A stretch of 64,000 nucleotides of DNA. It comes from Sphagnum compactum (lineage: Eukaryota). Position 1 is the first letter of the stretch. Every line of letters starts with the position of its first letter. The notes below the pieces were generated by a model that saw only the letters and a list, made by a program, of their open reading frames with translations, was not told where the DNA came from and ran no database searches. The stretch spans positions 24,232,213 to 24,296,212 of the forward strand of contig OZ234493.1 in assembly GCA_965153455.1 (NCBI GenBank). Reading direction: 5' to 3'. Below, piece after piece: positions 23,130 to 37,553 of the stretch. The translations under genes were made by a program, and so were the position numbers.

Positions 23130-26100
23130 GTTTTTTATCTTGCTCCAAAAAATTTACTCCATAGTGCAATATGAGTACACGAGCTGCAAAAATAAGACCT
23201 TAGATTTGATGTCTATGCAGATAGTTTGAAGGACAATAGTGAGACTGAATTTGAGGTGTATTTCCTCATTGCTTTGGAAGAATTGGGAAAGTAAGAAGCA
23301 ACCCATTCCTACTGGGTATGAAGATTGACATGACTATGCTTACAGCCAAATCAGTGCCGCATGGCAGTATCTCTACAATGTTGGGTTACCTGATGATGAG
23401 AGGCCGGCCAAAACTTGTACATTTTTTGTGTGCCAATAACATTGAGCATGCCTGGAACTTTGAAGCTCCTGTTGCTTGGAGTCCTCAGATCTCAGAAGAT
23501 GACTCAGGAACAAAGCAAATGGTACATGTCGGACTATTGATTAAATCAACAGAAAGTGGTTGAGGAGGGAAGGTAACAAAATAAAAGTTCCAACATGGAC
23601 TGTTGTCTCCAAGCTGCTGAAGCTTCAAATTTATTGATCAACTGCGGAGTACTAAAAAATGTCTTTCATTATCTTCTACCATGTTAGTTATGCTGTACCT
23701 ACTATAACCCAATTTCAGGGACAATTCAGAAGTGGGAAGTGCCTTACCAATGATATAAGCCTTTGTTGCCATGTTATGACTTCACCCAATTGGTTTTCAA
23801 GTAGTTTGAACCCCTTTAGGAATCTCAGAGGCCAGTTATTAGTATTCACATGATCTTCAAGCATACAAAAGCAACTTTGTTGCTTTGTTGCTATGTTGAA
23901 GTGAGTTTGAGAATAGTTGTAACAAATTTCTATACTATAGCAGTTATACCTTTTGCCCTACTATTTATTTGACAAGCTTCCTCATCTGTTTTATAAATTT
24001 CTTGAAATTTGAGAGTCATGAGTTACTCAATTACTCATCTAACAAGCAAGGCAAATGAAGTTGGCAATAGAGATTTCAAGTGATATTTTCTGTAGATTGT
24101 CTTGCACATTGGGACATCTACAAAGAGATGATGAGATCGCCACACTAGATTGAGCACATTCAGGCCAGGTAGGTGCTGCCTACGGTTGGAACTTGAATAG
24201 CCAAAAGAAAAAGAAAATAGGATTTCTGATATGAGATTAATGTATGCATCCTACTATGACAATCATAACCACCAAGTTAGGAACTCTTTAAAAGAAGAAA
24301 AAGGCCAAAGTATGGTTGTTCAATTAAGAATGAATTGGTATGCTAACTTGAGAAACTTTGGAAATAGTTAGCAACTTCACAGGGGATATAGATCAACAAA
24401 CCGATATCCAGAAGCTCGACAAATAGAATGATTTAGCTACAAGTTGATTTGGAATATGAGAAATTTGATGTTGGGATTAGAATCCAAAGTGGTGTTCAGG
24501 GTCTCGTAACAGGGTCTCCTAGTGATGACCCCATCTACTGTTTTGGACTTTGGACATGGGAATCCATGGTGGGCAAGCTTTGCCTAACAAACTTTGAATT
24601 TGAAGTGCAGGATTGCTCTTTATGGGTTTAGGGTTCAAGGTTTAGGATTGCCCTTTCTTAAAAAAAATCATGAGGAAAAATCTCACATACAAAAGTACAT
24701 CTATCGTAAATCATATACTATGTAAAAACATGGCATTCATCACATATGTAGGTATCACAAGTACATTGAAAATAGTGGTTCCAAGTTTCACATATTGAGT
24801 ATTGCCATGAATGTATCATTAATTGTCAAAAATTACATCCGAGCACTAGGTGTGGATGCTCCATGTTGTGTAATAACCTAGATAAAACAATGGATATGTG
24901 TATTATTAGTTTTAAAGTTACAAATCCAAGGCTTAAAAAAATGAAACAGTAATTTTCATCAAGGTAAAATATGTTTATGGTCATATATACATTTAGTTTC
25001 TTTTTATAAAGGCTCTATGAAAAAAAATTTGGATGGAAGGATTGGATATCGCCCTTCAATTTGAAAGACTAGTAAATTATTTGCCATGAGTTGGAATAAT
25101 TAGACCCTACATTTGAAAGACAATAAGGCTTTCTCAACGACATTTGAATGGTTAGTTTAGTTGAGCAAAGAACAAAAAATAGAAGCTACCAAATGGTTGT
25201 CAAGAAGACATGGCCATTTTGTCGTATTCTTTGATTTGGTCTTCCATTATAGATGTAGGAGCCATAGCACATTTTTCAAGCCCATCATGCTTAAATTTCA
25301 AGCTCATGACTCTAAAGTTCTGTGTATTTGGAACCTGTCAAAAGATAAAACTGAGCCCATCACATGACTGTTCCACACATTGTGTCCAAAACATAGCAAT
25401 GGCTAGAGCAAAAAACCTGAAAATTGAGCAACAAGCTGAAGCTATGGCTTCACATTGTCTGACAAAACCCATGTGCTTGGCTCAAAGGCCTCTTAGTTGG
25501 AATGGCATGGGAAACCAAAGTCAGGCAGGACCCAAAACACAGACCAGTCAGAAAACAATATATATATTCATTCATCTACCCTTGCATCAAAAAAATTCCC
25601 TCTCTCAAGCTTAAAAATCTCAGATTCTGCTTAGTATATAATCAAGGACAGGTTATACAAGGTAAGCTACTTGCTAAGATGTACAGGACCTTTCATATTT
25701 TGTAAGGCCCCAGCTCAGGCTGTCATCCAAATCTGACAAAACTTTCAAGTACAAGAAAGGTCTCTCACTCTTAAATACATCCAGAAAATTTCAGTTCCTG
25801 GCACTTGACAAACTGGCCTGGGGACATACATGCACCTCAAATTCTGGAAGGGTCAGAAAAAAATTAAACCCTTTCCACACCTAAACAAATGTAAAAATAC
25901 TGGTGAAGATATATATATTCAACTTATACAACAATTTCACCAGAACCTATCTATGTTTTTGTGCCTTTTTGTGACTTCAAAAAGGATCTAAAGGAAGGCC
26001 TGACAATACTTCTTATAAGAACTAGCTTTTTTTGGCTTGACAAAGTACAGTCAATTCATTAATGAACTAGATGAAAATTTCATGATTGACCTTATTCGTT

Positions 26101-29100
26101 GATGAACTGGATGAAGATCACAGATTGAACCAGTTTTTCATTAGTGTGCAAAACAAGTAAAGCATGTTGTTCATAAAGCAAAGTATACAAATATATAATG
26201 TAAATCTTTTCAGAGGGGTGTTGAGTGTTGTAAGTGGGACCCTCATTACAAACTATGATCATAGTGAGTTCATTTACAAAAAAATTATTTGCTATTATAA
26301 TAATAGCCATGCACACTAAAAAGTTTTCCATTTGATGTAAAACATTCAATTAAATAATTAAAAAATTACCTAAGTAAATTACATAATAATCATATATTTA
26401 GTCCCTTTTCAGAAAATTAATTAATTTTTGACTTGGGACACATTATAATTCAGAATGGTGCAAAAAAACTGCCATGTTATGTGATTTTATGGACATTCTA
26501 ACTTGTAAACACCCACCATTGAACTTGGAAAATTTAAATTTGGACTCAAAGACCTACATAGCCTACTTCAGTGCTTGGATGGGATATTTGCAATGTTTAG
26601 GCTTGACCAAAAATTTCTTGGGGTTTTTATTGTTGTTGGTTGGTTATATTTCTTATTTTTTGGGCACAACACATGGTTTCAACAACAAAAAATTCAATTT
26701 TGTAGACCCACATATTATCAATTTCCTTGTCAACTAATACCCCCAATTATGAATTATCTGGATTTAATTATTATTATTTTTTGGCATTACCTACTTGTCA
26801 TATACAAAAGAGCATCTATCTCGACTACAAATTTGTAAATTGCTTTGCAATACCAAAGTTGTTAGGGAGTTTTCATGTTGTAGCCGATTACAACCCATAG
26901 ATTTGTGAAGGAGAAAAAAGACTTTCGACCTTTACTTTCACAAAAAGAAAGGAATGAGCAATCCATCCTACATAGGCTAAAAGATCATTAGAGAGGAAAT
27001 TTGTGCACTTTAGAAGAGAGAATCTAGTTCAAAAATTGCCATCACAAGAGGGATCCTGGAATGAAAGTATTGCAAGGATGCAAAATCATAGTCCCATGTT
27101 AAAATCCTTGCAACCATTTGCTTGGAAAAAAGGAACATACAACAAAGCTTTTGCATGGGTTGGAGTTGGGCCACAAGCACCATTGCAATACTTTCGTAGA
27201 CGCCTGGTGTAACTCAAAAGTCTATCATCTTGCATAATAAGGATCTTATCAAAGCTATAACCATAAGCACAAACATAAACACAAGCACAAGACAAAAACA
27301 AAAAACAAAAAATCTCTCTTTTGCATTATTGTATTGAGCCTTTTGGTGACGATAGTACTTTGTGCATGGTTATTGAATTGTGGAGCTTCAAGTAGAGGGG
27401 TCAGTTTTTTCTTTATGATGCAAGTGTTGCAATGGAACGTAACCTTGGTAATTTCATCCTTAGCAAGTTGGTAACACCAAGTTGCCAATAAAGGAGCACT
27501 TGAAGTATTGCAGTGGAGATGCTTATCAAATACCCAACTTGAGAACTGCCTAGTATATCGTCTATGTAGGTTCTAGGGTTTAGTCTTTGGAGGAAAACAA
27601 CAACACTCTATGTCCAGCAACCAGTTGCAAGGAATGCATTCACTTGATTTCTATCTTTGTGGGTGACATGTGTCTAGTTTCTAATAAGTTAATTGACTAA
27701 GTAGAAAGAACGAATCTGCTAGTGCTTTTGGATTGTACAATGTCTTGTAAACACAATTGGGGGCCCTACTTTGCAAAGGTTTTGTGCCTATCTACATCCA
27801 ACTCATTTGAAAACACAAGCCTGATCTTCACCAAAAATAAGTTGACGAGTAAAGTTGCAACCTTAGTGGGACCTAATCCAATTCTACATGCTCTCAAATT
27901 GATACATTAGAAAAAGCACCATCACCATGTGATTCTCATGCAACATTAGGACCTGGTGTCATCCACTCTTTTCCAATTAGTGGGTCCATAGGTCTCTCGA
28001 CAGTTCCATAATGTTGTATCATGAAAAGACCTGATCCAAATTTTTCAGTGTAATTAGAGGGCATGTTGTCATGTGTATTTTTTCCTTTGTGCTATTGGGG
28101 TTGGCATTCCGAAAACAGGTAAGTTTTTTCCTTGGTGGAGGAGAAAACAAAATGACACGTCTCTTTGCAGTAGCTTGGACAACAAGTCATATATTTTAAC
28201 TTCATGCCAGTGAATAAAGAGTATGCAAGTCTCTGTTTTCCAGCAGAATTTTCTGTCAAAGTGTTAGCAATATGCAACTTTGTGCGTTTGGAAAAGGAAA
28301 AACTCTGAGCATTATGCAAGCAGTTTGCAGAGAGGATCCTGTCCAGTCAACCACAACAGCAAGGCTCACAACAAGCAAAGACTATTGCAACCACAGCGTG
28401 TATTCTTACATCAGTATGGTAAGCTGATTTCTTCAGTGTATGTTTGCTGTTTCAACATTTCAACGTGATCTACCAAAGAACTTGAGAGTCACAAAACAAA
28501 ATCTTCCAACCACACCCAAATAGGTGGCAACTGGAAATCTTGTCATCAAGTGACTGGTTGATGACATTGATAACAAGAGACCTACAAATACTAACCACTT
28601 TCTAGAATCAACTTCAACTCTCAAATGATGGCTGATACATTGTAGCTCTGACTATGATGTATCAATGCCCTCTCGTTCAATTGGATAAGCACCAATCATA
28701 GGTCACCACAAGACGCCTGTCAGTATAACATTAGGGAAAGAGGTGAAATATCAGCTTAGATTTACATGATAAGCTTGTCACTCAAAATCTTTAGTTCCTG
28801 CTTAATCTGCTGGTAACCATACAGAGTTTGCTTCTTCCAGTAAGTGTTCATCATACGTCTATCTCCTGAGCAGAATCCTGCTAATATATCCAACAAAAGA
28901 ACAGTGTTCTTGAATGGTGGTTCTCTCCTCCAAAACTGTTCAAGCATACATGAATGCTGGTTTGGTGATGAAGCTCACCCCAATCGAGTGCATGGACTTT
29001 GCCCCAGAAGATTGCTGTTATTGTTCTGGTCAACCCACCGCTCCTTCCATGCATGTATTCAACCTCCAATATAAGAAGGTGCACAGATCAAGAATGTCCA

Positions 29101-29139
29101 CCTCTGTCGTGATTCTTCTCCTCCAACCTAACTATCTCA

Positions 29140-31346
29140 TCACTTGAGGACAGTTGTGGTGAACTTGCCTACTTGTGGTCTCACACATGCCTGCAGACAT
29201 GCCTGGTGGCAATCCTGGAGACAAGCAGAAAAACACAAGAAAACTGATCAGCCACTGAAGCACACACATCTGCTAACATTGTGAACACTGCTTATGGACA
29301 AGAAAAGATGTCCATGGACTTATGAAATCAGCACTTATTACTTGTGGACAAAGTGTCTCACATGCCAGCTACAAAGTTTTGAAACATCTGCATGAACCAA
29401 AAGGCTACTTGCAAGTTCTAATTTGTACTAATTGAGAATTCTCCTATGACTTCCAGAAGCTAGTACCATGATAAACCTGATTTAGCAATCCATACTGTAC
29501 AGACTACCTAAGCCTTTGCTGCATCTTTGTAACATACAGCCATTGCTCTCATCCAACATATTAAATCACTCCTGCTCTTTATTGACTCTGCCCTTCAGGG
29601 TAGAGACATTGTGATGCACCCAGAAATGGGCCAAAGTTTGGTATCCCTGCATTCTAGGGTCATGTGGAGTTCACTGTAGAAACATTTCTGGCATAACTGA
29701 AGGATCCACTTGGGCTTCACCATGCTAACCACCATGTGTTTCCAATTTAGTATGTTGAATATTTATCATCCTTATGAATTCATTTAAAGTGCAAAGCCAC
29801 TTGTTTTCTCTATTTCCAGTTAACCAATACATCTCCCATCATGCAAATTGATACATAATTTCTACACTATATAGTATGTGTCTGGGTTGTAAGATAAAAA
29901 CAATTTCCAAACCCAGACTTAGTAAACAGATAACCAACTTACCCTTGATGGAGCCTGAGCTAATCTCAATCAGTAACCCAATCATAGAGATTGTGGAAAA
30001 AAGGGATATGATAACAGTATTCTGCTCCAGTCTATGCCTTCGAATGCCCAATTTTGACAATTTGCATATCAGGATTCAGACCATAAGCTCACATCTAGGG
30101 CAAGCACATGAATGACACGGACCTGATAAGCATTACTGGAATTTGCATTCTGGCTAGCCCTCTCACAGGCTGCTCCACATCCTGTTTCACAAGCATCCTC
30201 AACTGAAAGGTAGCAGCAAGTTGTGTCACCTTGTGTAGCCATGCTCTGCTTGCGCAAGCCTTCTACCTGCAGTAGGCAAATGTATCAATACAGGAGTCAG
30301 TTATGTGAAAGAACCGCAGCGCCTCCACTACACACATGAGAAATGCTAGACTTAAAACTCAAGGATACTTCAAATTTGGAGAACTTCTTCATAGAGACTT
30401 GAATTGCAGACTACAATATTAACGACCTTGTGCAAAACATAGATCCATTCCGTGCCAAATACGTCTTGCCTTGTCCCGACTGTCATGGTTATGGCTCTTT
30501 CAAAATACTTGTTCTCCCTCTTAAGGTAAAGTCAAAATGTAGACGGCACAGAAACAACATACGTCCGGATACCGAATATGCATTGAAGACACAGGTATTT
30601 CCGATTCCAAAATATAAGCGTCGTGTGAATGAGCTTCTTCGCTTACCTGAACGAACACGCGGATAGTGAAGCGGCCTACTTGCTCCAACGCGGTGATTCC
30701 CTTCACAGCTATTCTGCGGTAATCTATGAAATGGTCCGTCATCTCACTGGCCGAAACAGGAAGGAGTTGAATTTATGGCTACGAACAACAGGCACGGAAA
30801 TAATACTTGTAAATTATTCTCCTGCAATCCTTTCCTACTATGCCTTGGACACCATGTTCTTGCTCCCTTCAACACACTCTTGTATTTCTCGTTCTTGAAA
30901 CTACCAGAGGAGGATAATTTTCCGACAACAGAACAGATTATTAGCAATCCTTGTCAAACACCACAGATCTCGAAGATTTACGCGAACCGATCTCTCCTGT
31001 TCTGATCTTCTCTCTGTCTGTCTGTCTCTCTATTCGTGTGTCTTTCTACGCGCTTCTCTTATACACGCACAATAGACCAGTCGTAAAATGCTCTACCGAG
31101 TACACGAAGCCAGAAAGAAGTTTACGCCGAGGAGCTCGTTCGAAAATCAGAAGTCTTCTACAGAAAGACAGTACGCGACGAGGACATTTAAAAGGTCCGA
31201 GAAAGAGAGATCTACTTACGCGAGAAAAGCTCCTCCTTCACCGCCGTGGTCATCGTCATCGCATGGCCCCACCTCGTGGGCGACGGACGCGCGCGCACTC
31301 CAAATCGTGAGCGCGCGGGAGCTGGGAAGACGACGGCACAGGACAT
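29140..31346 (-). CDS. Uncharacterised small Cys-rich protein (~160 aa) with transit-peptide-like N-terminus, 6 predicted exons
   Basis: Exons: 31346-31220, 31092-31071, 30900-30853, 30746-30680, 30266-30123, 29214-29140 (GT-AG, 483 nt in frame). Protein: MSCAVVFPAPARSRFGVRARPSPTRWGHAMTMTTAVKEELFSQHFTTGLFFKNEKYKSVLKGARTCEMTDHFIDYRRIAVKGITALEQVEGLRKQSMATQGDTTCCYLSVEDACETGCGAACERASQNANSSNAYQDCHQACLQACVRPQVGKFTTTVLK*. The first exon is GC-rich. The two micro-exons are the least certain part, and an upstream in-frame ATG exists at 31457. Confidence 0.65.
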
Positions 31347-33099
31347 CGCGTTGGACGTTCCCGGTCGTAATAGTCGTCTGCTTGCGGTCATTCTGCTCCT
31401 CTGTAGTGGAATTTGCCACCGTTTACTTGACATTTTGGCACAGGATATTTCATCCATCGCTATCTTTTACGTAAGTTCAACGCTCCTTTCCTATGATAGG
31501 TCGGCAGTGGTTATGGGAGGTGTGTGCTGAAGGGGTGAAAGTTGGGAAGTAGCTAAGCCTACGGCTACCACCCGACTTAAGATGGAGGATGTTTTCCTAG
31601 CTTCGGCCTCTCACCCAAGTTTCAATGGTCTAAAGTTTGTGAAATTGCCTCCAGAAAATCTCACTTGTCCAGGGGCCTTCTAATAGTATGAAGAATTTGC
31701 CCTAATTTTTTTTAAAATTAATTTTGATTTTGTTGAATTTTTTTAATGGAATTATTTAATATTCAATAACTCTTTCATTGTAGGCTTAAACATTGTCAAA
31801 CCACCTTGGTGCACCTTTTTTAATTCATCAAGGTATTTCCAATGGTACCAAGAGTGTAACAAGAGGTGCTTGTGTTGGGGAAATCTCAACTTGACAAACA
31901 ACCAAAATGAACAACCTACCTTCCTTAATTCCAGCTATGAGAAATTTCAAAGAATTGGTAAGGGTTTGTTTATGGTTTTTCATTGGGTGTTCCCCCATGC
32001 CATGCTTAAGTTTTGAAAACCGTCAAGTCCTCTTTGTAGTCAAGGGGCATGAATTTTTTCCAATGCACATACTTGTTGATTTGATAATAGCAAGGGATTG
32101 ATTGTTTGGGGATTTTCATTTGGTGTTCCCATGCCATATTTGAGGTTTTGAAAACCCTAAAAATTTCCTCTTTGTAGTGAAGGGACATGTTTTTTTTCCA
32201 GCATTGATCACACGATCGCCTAGAAAGGGATTGTTTATGGTTGAAAAATCTAGAAACCATCACTGGCTCGGTGCTTGACCATTGATATGTTTGCATAAAC
32301 CTACAAGGGAAACTAGAAAGCTTGTCTTTGGGACCGTTATGACTAATCACCCTACCATGTAGGACATCTTTGCCTCTCGACTCAACAATTTCTGTATCTA
32401 AATTGATGAAAGCATGGTAATAATGTTCACCAAGTGGTTGCCAAATAGCTGAAGGCTGTACAATTGAACCTTTTTTTTGCACTAAATGTCACTTGTTTTA
32501 TTTGAAGCTGGAGACACAAAGAAGATGCTACAAAAGGTTTTCTTGTCTCTACCTTCATGTAATAGCAATGTGATTCTTATGTTCAGTGCCACAAAGTGGG
32601 ATACCATTACCCCATTGTGCTATAGGCTGCAGCCAGGATATTTGTCCAATATGTACTACTACAAGATGCCTAAATTTATTATTTTATTTTTTTTTGAAAA
32701 AATCACAACTTTGTAGTATGAAAATGCCAAAAGGGTTTTAAACTTAAGGGACCCAATTATTTTTTTCGGAATTTTTTTATAAAGAAAATTGTAACTTGGT
32801 ACTTAATACCAAAATGCCAAAAGATTTTCAACAGAAGGTGCCCAATAGGTTAGCATAGGTTAACAAGTTCAAACCTTGGTAACTTAGTTGTGGTCCATCA
32901 ATAACTAAGTCGTAAGTCATAACACATCTCGTGGGAATATTAACCACAACAGCTCGAAGGTAACACATTCAAGGGATACAGATGGAAGGATTCTACTTTG
33001 TGTATCTTGCGTGTGTAATAATAATGTGTAATGATATGTTTATGGATGCAAGGTACACACATTTCAAAATATGTTTGTAAACAAAACTTCAATGCACAA

Positions 33100-33540
33100 T
33101 ATGGTGAAAACTTGATGGATGACATTATTATTCATGGATGAAATTGATTTCACGAATGCCCTTAATGGATTTGACATGGATGAATATGATCTTCTATGAC
33201 AAAGTTTGATTATAATGAACAAAAGTAGCACATGGATGAATACGATCTTCTATGACAAAGTTTGATTATAATGAACAAAAGCAGCACATGGATGAAATTG
33301 ATAATACAAATGCTCATACTACATAGATGAAATTGTGTTCATGGATGAAATGATCAAGATGAACCGGAATTAGCACATGGATGTAAATGAACAAACTTGA
33401 ACAGAAGAAATGTACCACATGGGTCAAAATGAGCCTAATGACTGAAAGTGTGTACAAGAAACGTAACACATGGGTGAACTCATACGTATGTAGCTATTCA
33501 TGTGGATGAATTAATGGATTAATTTCATCCACCTGAATGA
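33100..33540. repeat. Degenerate CATGGATGAA-type repeat array including a near-perfect ~56-bp direct duplication
   Basis: 'catggatgaata(t/c)gatcttctatgacaaagtttgattataatgaacaaaag(t/c)agca' appears twice in tandem (~33175-33290), and many further 'atggatgaa' motifs occur. It is the reverse-complement motif of the 8220-8620 array. Confidence 0.8.
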
Positions 33541-35039
33541 TGTTTTTACACCATGTAAAGCCCTCGGATATTTTCATTTTCGCTTTTCGGGGGGTTTTTT
33601 TTTTCCTTTGATGCTCCCATTGGGTTCCCATGAAGTTCTCAACAGGTTTCCATCAAGTTCTTTAATGTGTTCCCCCAATATGTTCCGAACAGCACCACAC
33701 TTTATCACATATGCTTTGGCCAACGTTGAACTTGTTGTATATAAACACTATAAAGTGGACTTTTAAATTTGGGAGTGGGGGGCCAAAGGGAAACACCACC
33801 TTTGTGCTTCTATTGGGGAGTGCCCAATGTTTCAAAAAAAATTGGGATGGGCCAATCAAAGTGGTTGGTTGCGGTATTTTATTCATATACTTTTAAAGGT
33901 TTATTCCAATGTTGGGCAGGTGCCCAATTTGGCAAGTTAGAACCATTTTGGTTTTGATTTTGGTTAGCAAACACTAAATCAAAATCCAGTCTCCATTTTC
34001 AAACTAAGTTTAGAACAAAAACCAAGTTTAAAAAAGAAAAGAATAGGAACTAAATTGGAGTTGATATCTCAATTTTTTTAAGAATTCAAACTAGATCTAA
34101 GATATTTGAAAAAAACTAGAGCTAGGGGTTAATTGAAGGTTAATGGGTAGTTTATTGTCAATTTTGGTGCAAGTTACCTTCAACATAATTCTTGTTATTT
34201 ATTAAATGAAATTATTTTTTTAATAAAATGTTTTTTTTAAACATGCTTATGCTCATTTGAATAAAAAAAACTTATAATTTTTTTTTGTGAAATCATATGA
34301 ATCCAACTTTTCAATTCTAATTGAAATGGTATACAATTCATATTCAATATATAATTAAGAAGTTAACTAATTTTTGCAATTATTTGAATCATTCAAAAGA
34401 AATATTTGCAATATGTTGTTACAAGTTTTAATTTTTTTACAAATGTATTTTTTAATCATTTAATATTAATCAAAAAATGTAGTTTCTTCTAGCAATTGCA
34501 TTATTTTATTTTGAATATATTTTTGAAAACCTCTTTTAATATTGGCTTGGTGGAAGTTGAAAGTTATACAATTTTTAAAAAAACAATTGTGACAACATTT
34601 ATTGGCCATCATAGTGTGCTTTCACCTTGTAATTTGAATCAAACTATGAGGAACATTAGAGTATTTAATGAGGTAAAATTAATGGTAAGGAACATTGGTT
34701 AACTCTTGTAATGTCCATTACCACCTAATAGAACAATATTTCACCCTAATTGATTTGACATATTCTTAGGTAAAAAGACTCATGTATCACACACTTCATT
34801 GTTTTACCCTATTTATTGTTTTAAAAATGAAAATTGAAAATTTTAAAACTGGTACGTTTTAATTAAATTCTTAAATAAACTTCTTAAATTCCATTAACTT
34901 CTTAATCCTTTTCAAAAAAAATTTGTATTTCACTTCCATATACCACATCCTACTTCAAAAAAAGGAAAAACAAATTAGCAATTGAAAAAATGGGGGAGAA
35001 AATAGTGAAAAGAAAAAACATGATTAAAGAGGATGATCC

Positions 35040-35370
35040 AATTTTTTATATATATCAATTTTCTCATGTTGTTCCAAAAGTGGAAGTCAGCCAAGATGAC
35101 GAAGGCAAATCTAGTTACAAGACAAATAATTTTTTTTAAAAAAAATCTAAGAAGAATCATATTACATGTTGATGAACCACTAAAACTTATTAACCAAATA
35201 TGGCGATTTCAAAAGAAGAAAGCTAGAAATTTGCTCAAATTCTCCCAAAATCTTGGTGATTTCAAAAAACATTCATTTAAATGCGGTGGTTTTTTTGGGA
35301 AATTTCCTAAAAGTTCCCTTGACCATATTGTTTGGGAATTTTTTTTCAAAGCAAATTTTTGTCAAAAAAT
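35040..35370 (+). repeat. Short interspersed AT-rich repeat family; related copies at ~39390-39460, ~48985-49290 and (inverted) ~54180-54240
   Basis: Shared 'tcaatttt..(c/g)atgttg...aagtgg...a...aaat(c/t)t.gttacaa.acaaata' core. The 35040 and 48985 copies are collinear over ~300 bp. Confidence 0.6.
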
Positions 35371-37553
35371 ATCACTAGGATGACTACATCCTCCAAGGAA
35401 AACCATAGGAACAAAAACATGAAAAGGAGAAAGAAAGAAAAATGCAAAAGAAAAGAAAGAAAAAGAAAAAAGAAAATTAAAAAATCCTTCTTGGAATTAA
35501 AAAAAAGATGAAAAAAATTAAAAACCAAAAAAAGGGAAAATCAAAATTGAAATGAAAAAAAGGAAGGATAAAACACATCCTCCTTGGAAAAAATAATGGA
35601 GATGAAGAAAAAAAGAACAAAAGAATTGAGAAAAATGGAAAATATAAAAAAATGAAAAAAAAAATTGAAGGAAAAGGGGATTTTTTTAGAAAAAAAGTTA
35701 AAAATAAAAAAGGTAGCAACTAGTTATGGTTGGCCAAACAACTATTGGGCCCATGCTACAAAAGATGCTCAAGCTTGCTAGGTCTTCTATAGTCCATGTG
35801 TGTGAGCCTTCAATTCATAATACCAAAATGATGACCAAATGATTCATTAGGTATACACTAGTGTTGTGCATGTAAGTGTAAATAGTTGTTTTACATGTTA
35901 TGTAAAAATTGCGTAACTATAAATGATTCACATTTATATGCCAAAAAATTTACATTTACAATTTTTACATTTGCAAAATATGCATGTATATATTTCAATA
36001 TATATTTAAATGATGCCATGTAAGAAAAATTGTCATGTAAGTGTAAATCGCAATGCCCTTTATGAAGGTATTACATTTTCCATTATCCTTGGAGATTATG
36101 GTTTATAAAAAAATAAAAATATTGCCTTTCAAACTTTTCATTGGCAACTATTGGTTTCTAAAATAAGAACACAAAACCACAACACAAGCAAGATAACAAG
36201 GGGGAACTTACTATTGCTGTGCATGTATTATGGTTTTTTTTGTATACATGTCGAGTAAGTATAAGCATGTAAAGTTATTTCACCCTATGTAAAACAAGAT
36301 AAGTGTAAGTGTAATTTAAAAAATAAGAAGAAATACACTTATGTAGTTTTACACACCTTATAAAACAATGTGAACAAATTAATAAACATTTCACACAATA
36401 ACATATGAAATATACTTGACATGAAATGTAAAAAAACTTACATGTAAATTGACTATTTACACTTGCATAACATTGGAACTTACTTGAAACAAGTCATCAA
36501 CGAAGCTTGCAACAATGCTAAGAGTTGCAAAATGATCATGATGCCATCACTTAAACCTAAAAAAATTGTAAATGAAGAATCACAATGTGGGGGAACTCAA
36601 CTTGAACTCTAAACTTTGTTTTACAAGACAAAAATGAATGGAGTTGCAAGATGATCACAAGAAAAGGGAGCGCAACATGACAAAAAAGATATAATAAATA
36701 ATAAAAACATCATTTAAATACATGTCATTGTTGGACCTTTCAACAATTCAAAGCACTGTAAAATGACAACTTACACCACCAATTACATTTGGAAACAACC
36801 TTGGAAAATTCATAAGAACACAATGAAATAAGCTTTGTAAAAAATTGTTCCCCTATACCTAACCATTTCTTCTCTCCTATTTACTTCCCTCTTTTTTCCT
36901 CATGCGTACCATTTACCCCTTCCCCTTTTTTGCCTTTTCTTCCCTCTTTATTTGTTGAACCAACTCCAATTTCATAGTTATTATTTTGGATAAAATTAAA
37001 AATTAAATATTGCATAAGTTATTGTGTGTTGTGCTTATTTATTTGTTTACATTTTTTTATATGGTGTGTAAAATTATATATAAAATTTACACTTACATTT
37101 GAAGTGTATATATATTTTATATACATTTACATTTACCTACTTGACATGTATATCAATGCACAATATTAGTATATATACACATAGTTCATGCCCTTGCCAT
37201 TAGCCTAGGTAAAAAATATAATCTTGGGGATGAAACACCATGCACCCAAGGTGCTTGAGTTTTTTCCTTTTGGGGGAGCATGGGGATATTGGATTATTAT
37301 TGTTCCCAAATGTCTTCATGAAGTTTTCATTATCTTCTCATCAAATTCCCAATGGGTTTTCAACATGTTCCCCCAAGCTCCCAGTATGTTCACCAACATG
37401 TTACCAATAGCTCCTCACCTCATCCCATATATTTTTCCTAAGTTCTATTTAGGTGATTTCTACAACCAACCCAATGGAGGAATTACGACATGTCTATTTT
37501 GGGACTATCCAAAACTTCATTTATTTGACTTGATTTGTGATGAGCCAATTAAA

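Noticed and set aside
28762-29147. ORFs just past the stop of the Cys-rich gene
   Set aside because: Overlapping short frames on both strands with no motif; consistent with 3'UTR.
32006-32716. 158-aa minus ORF and neighbours
   Set aside because: Looks like a decayed TE-derived coding remnant, but no catalytic motif could be identified.
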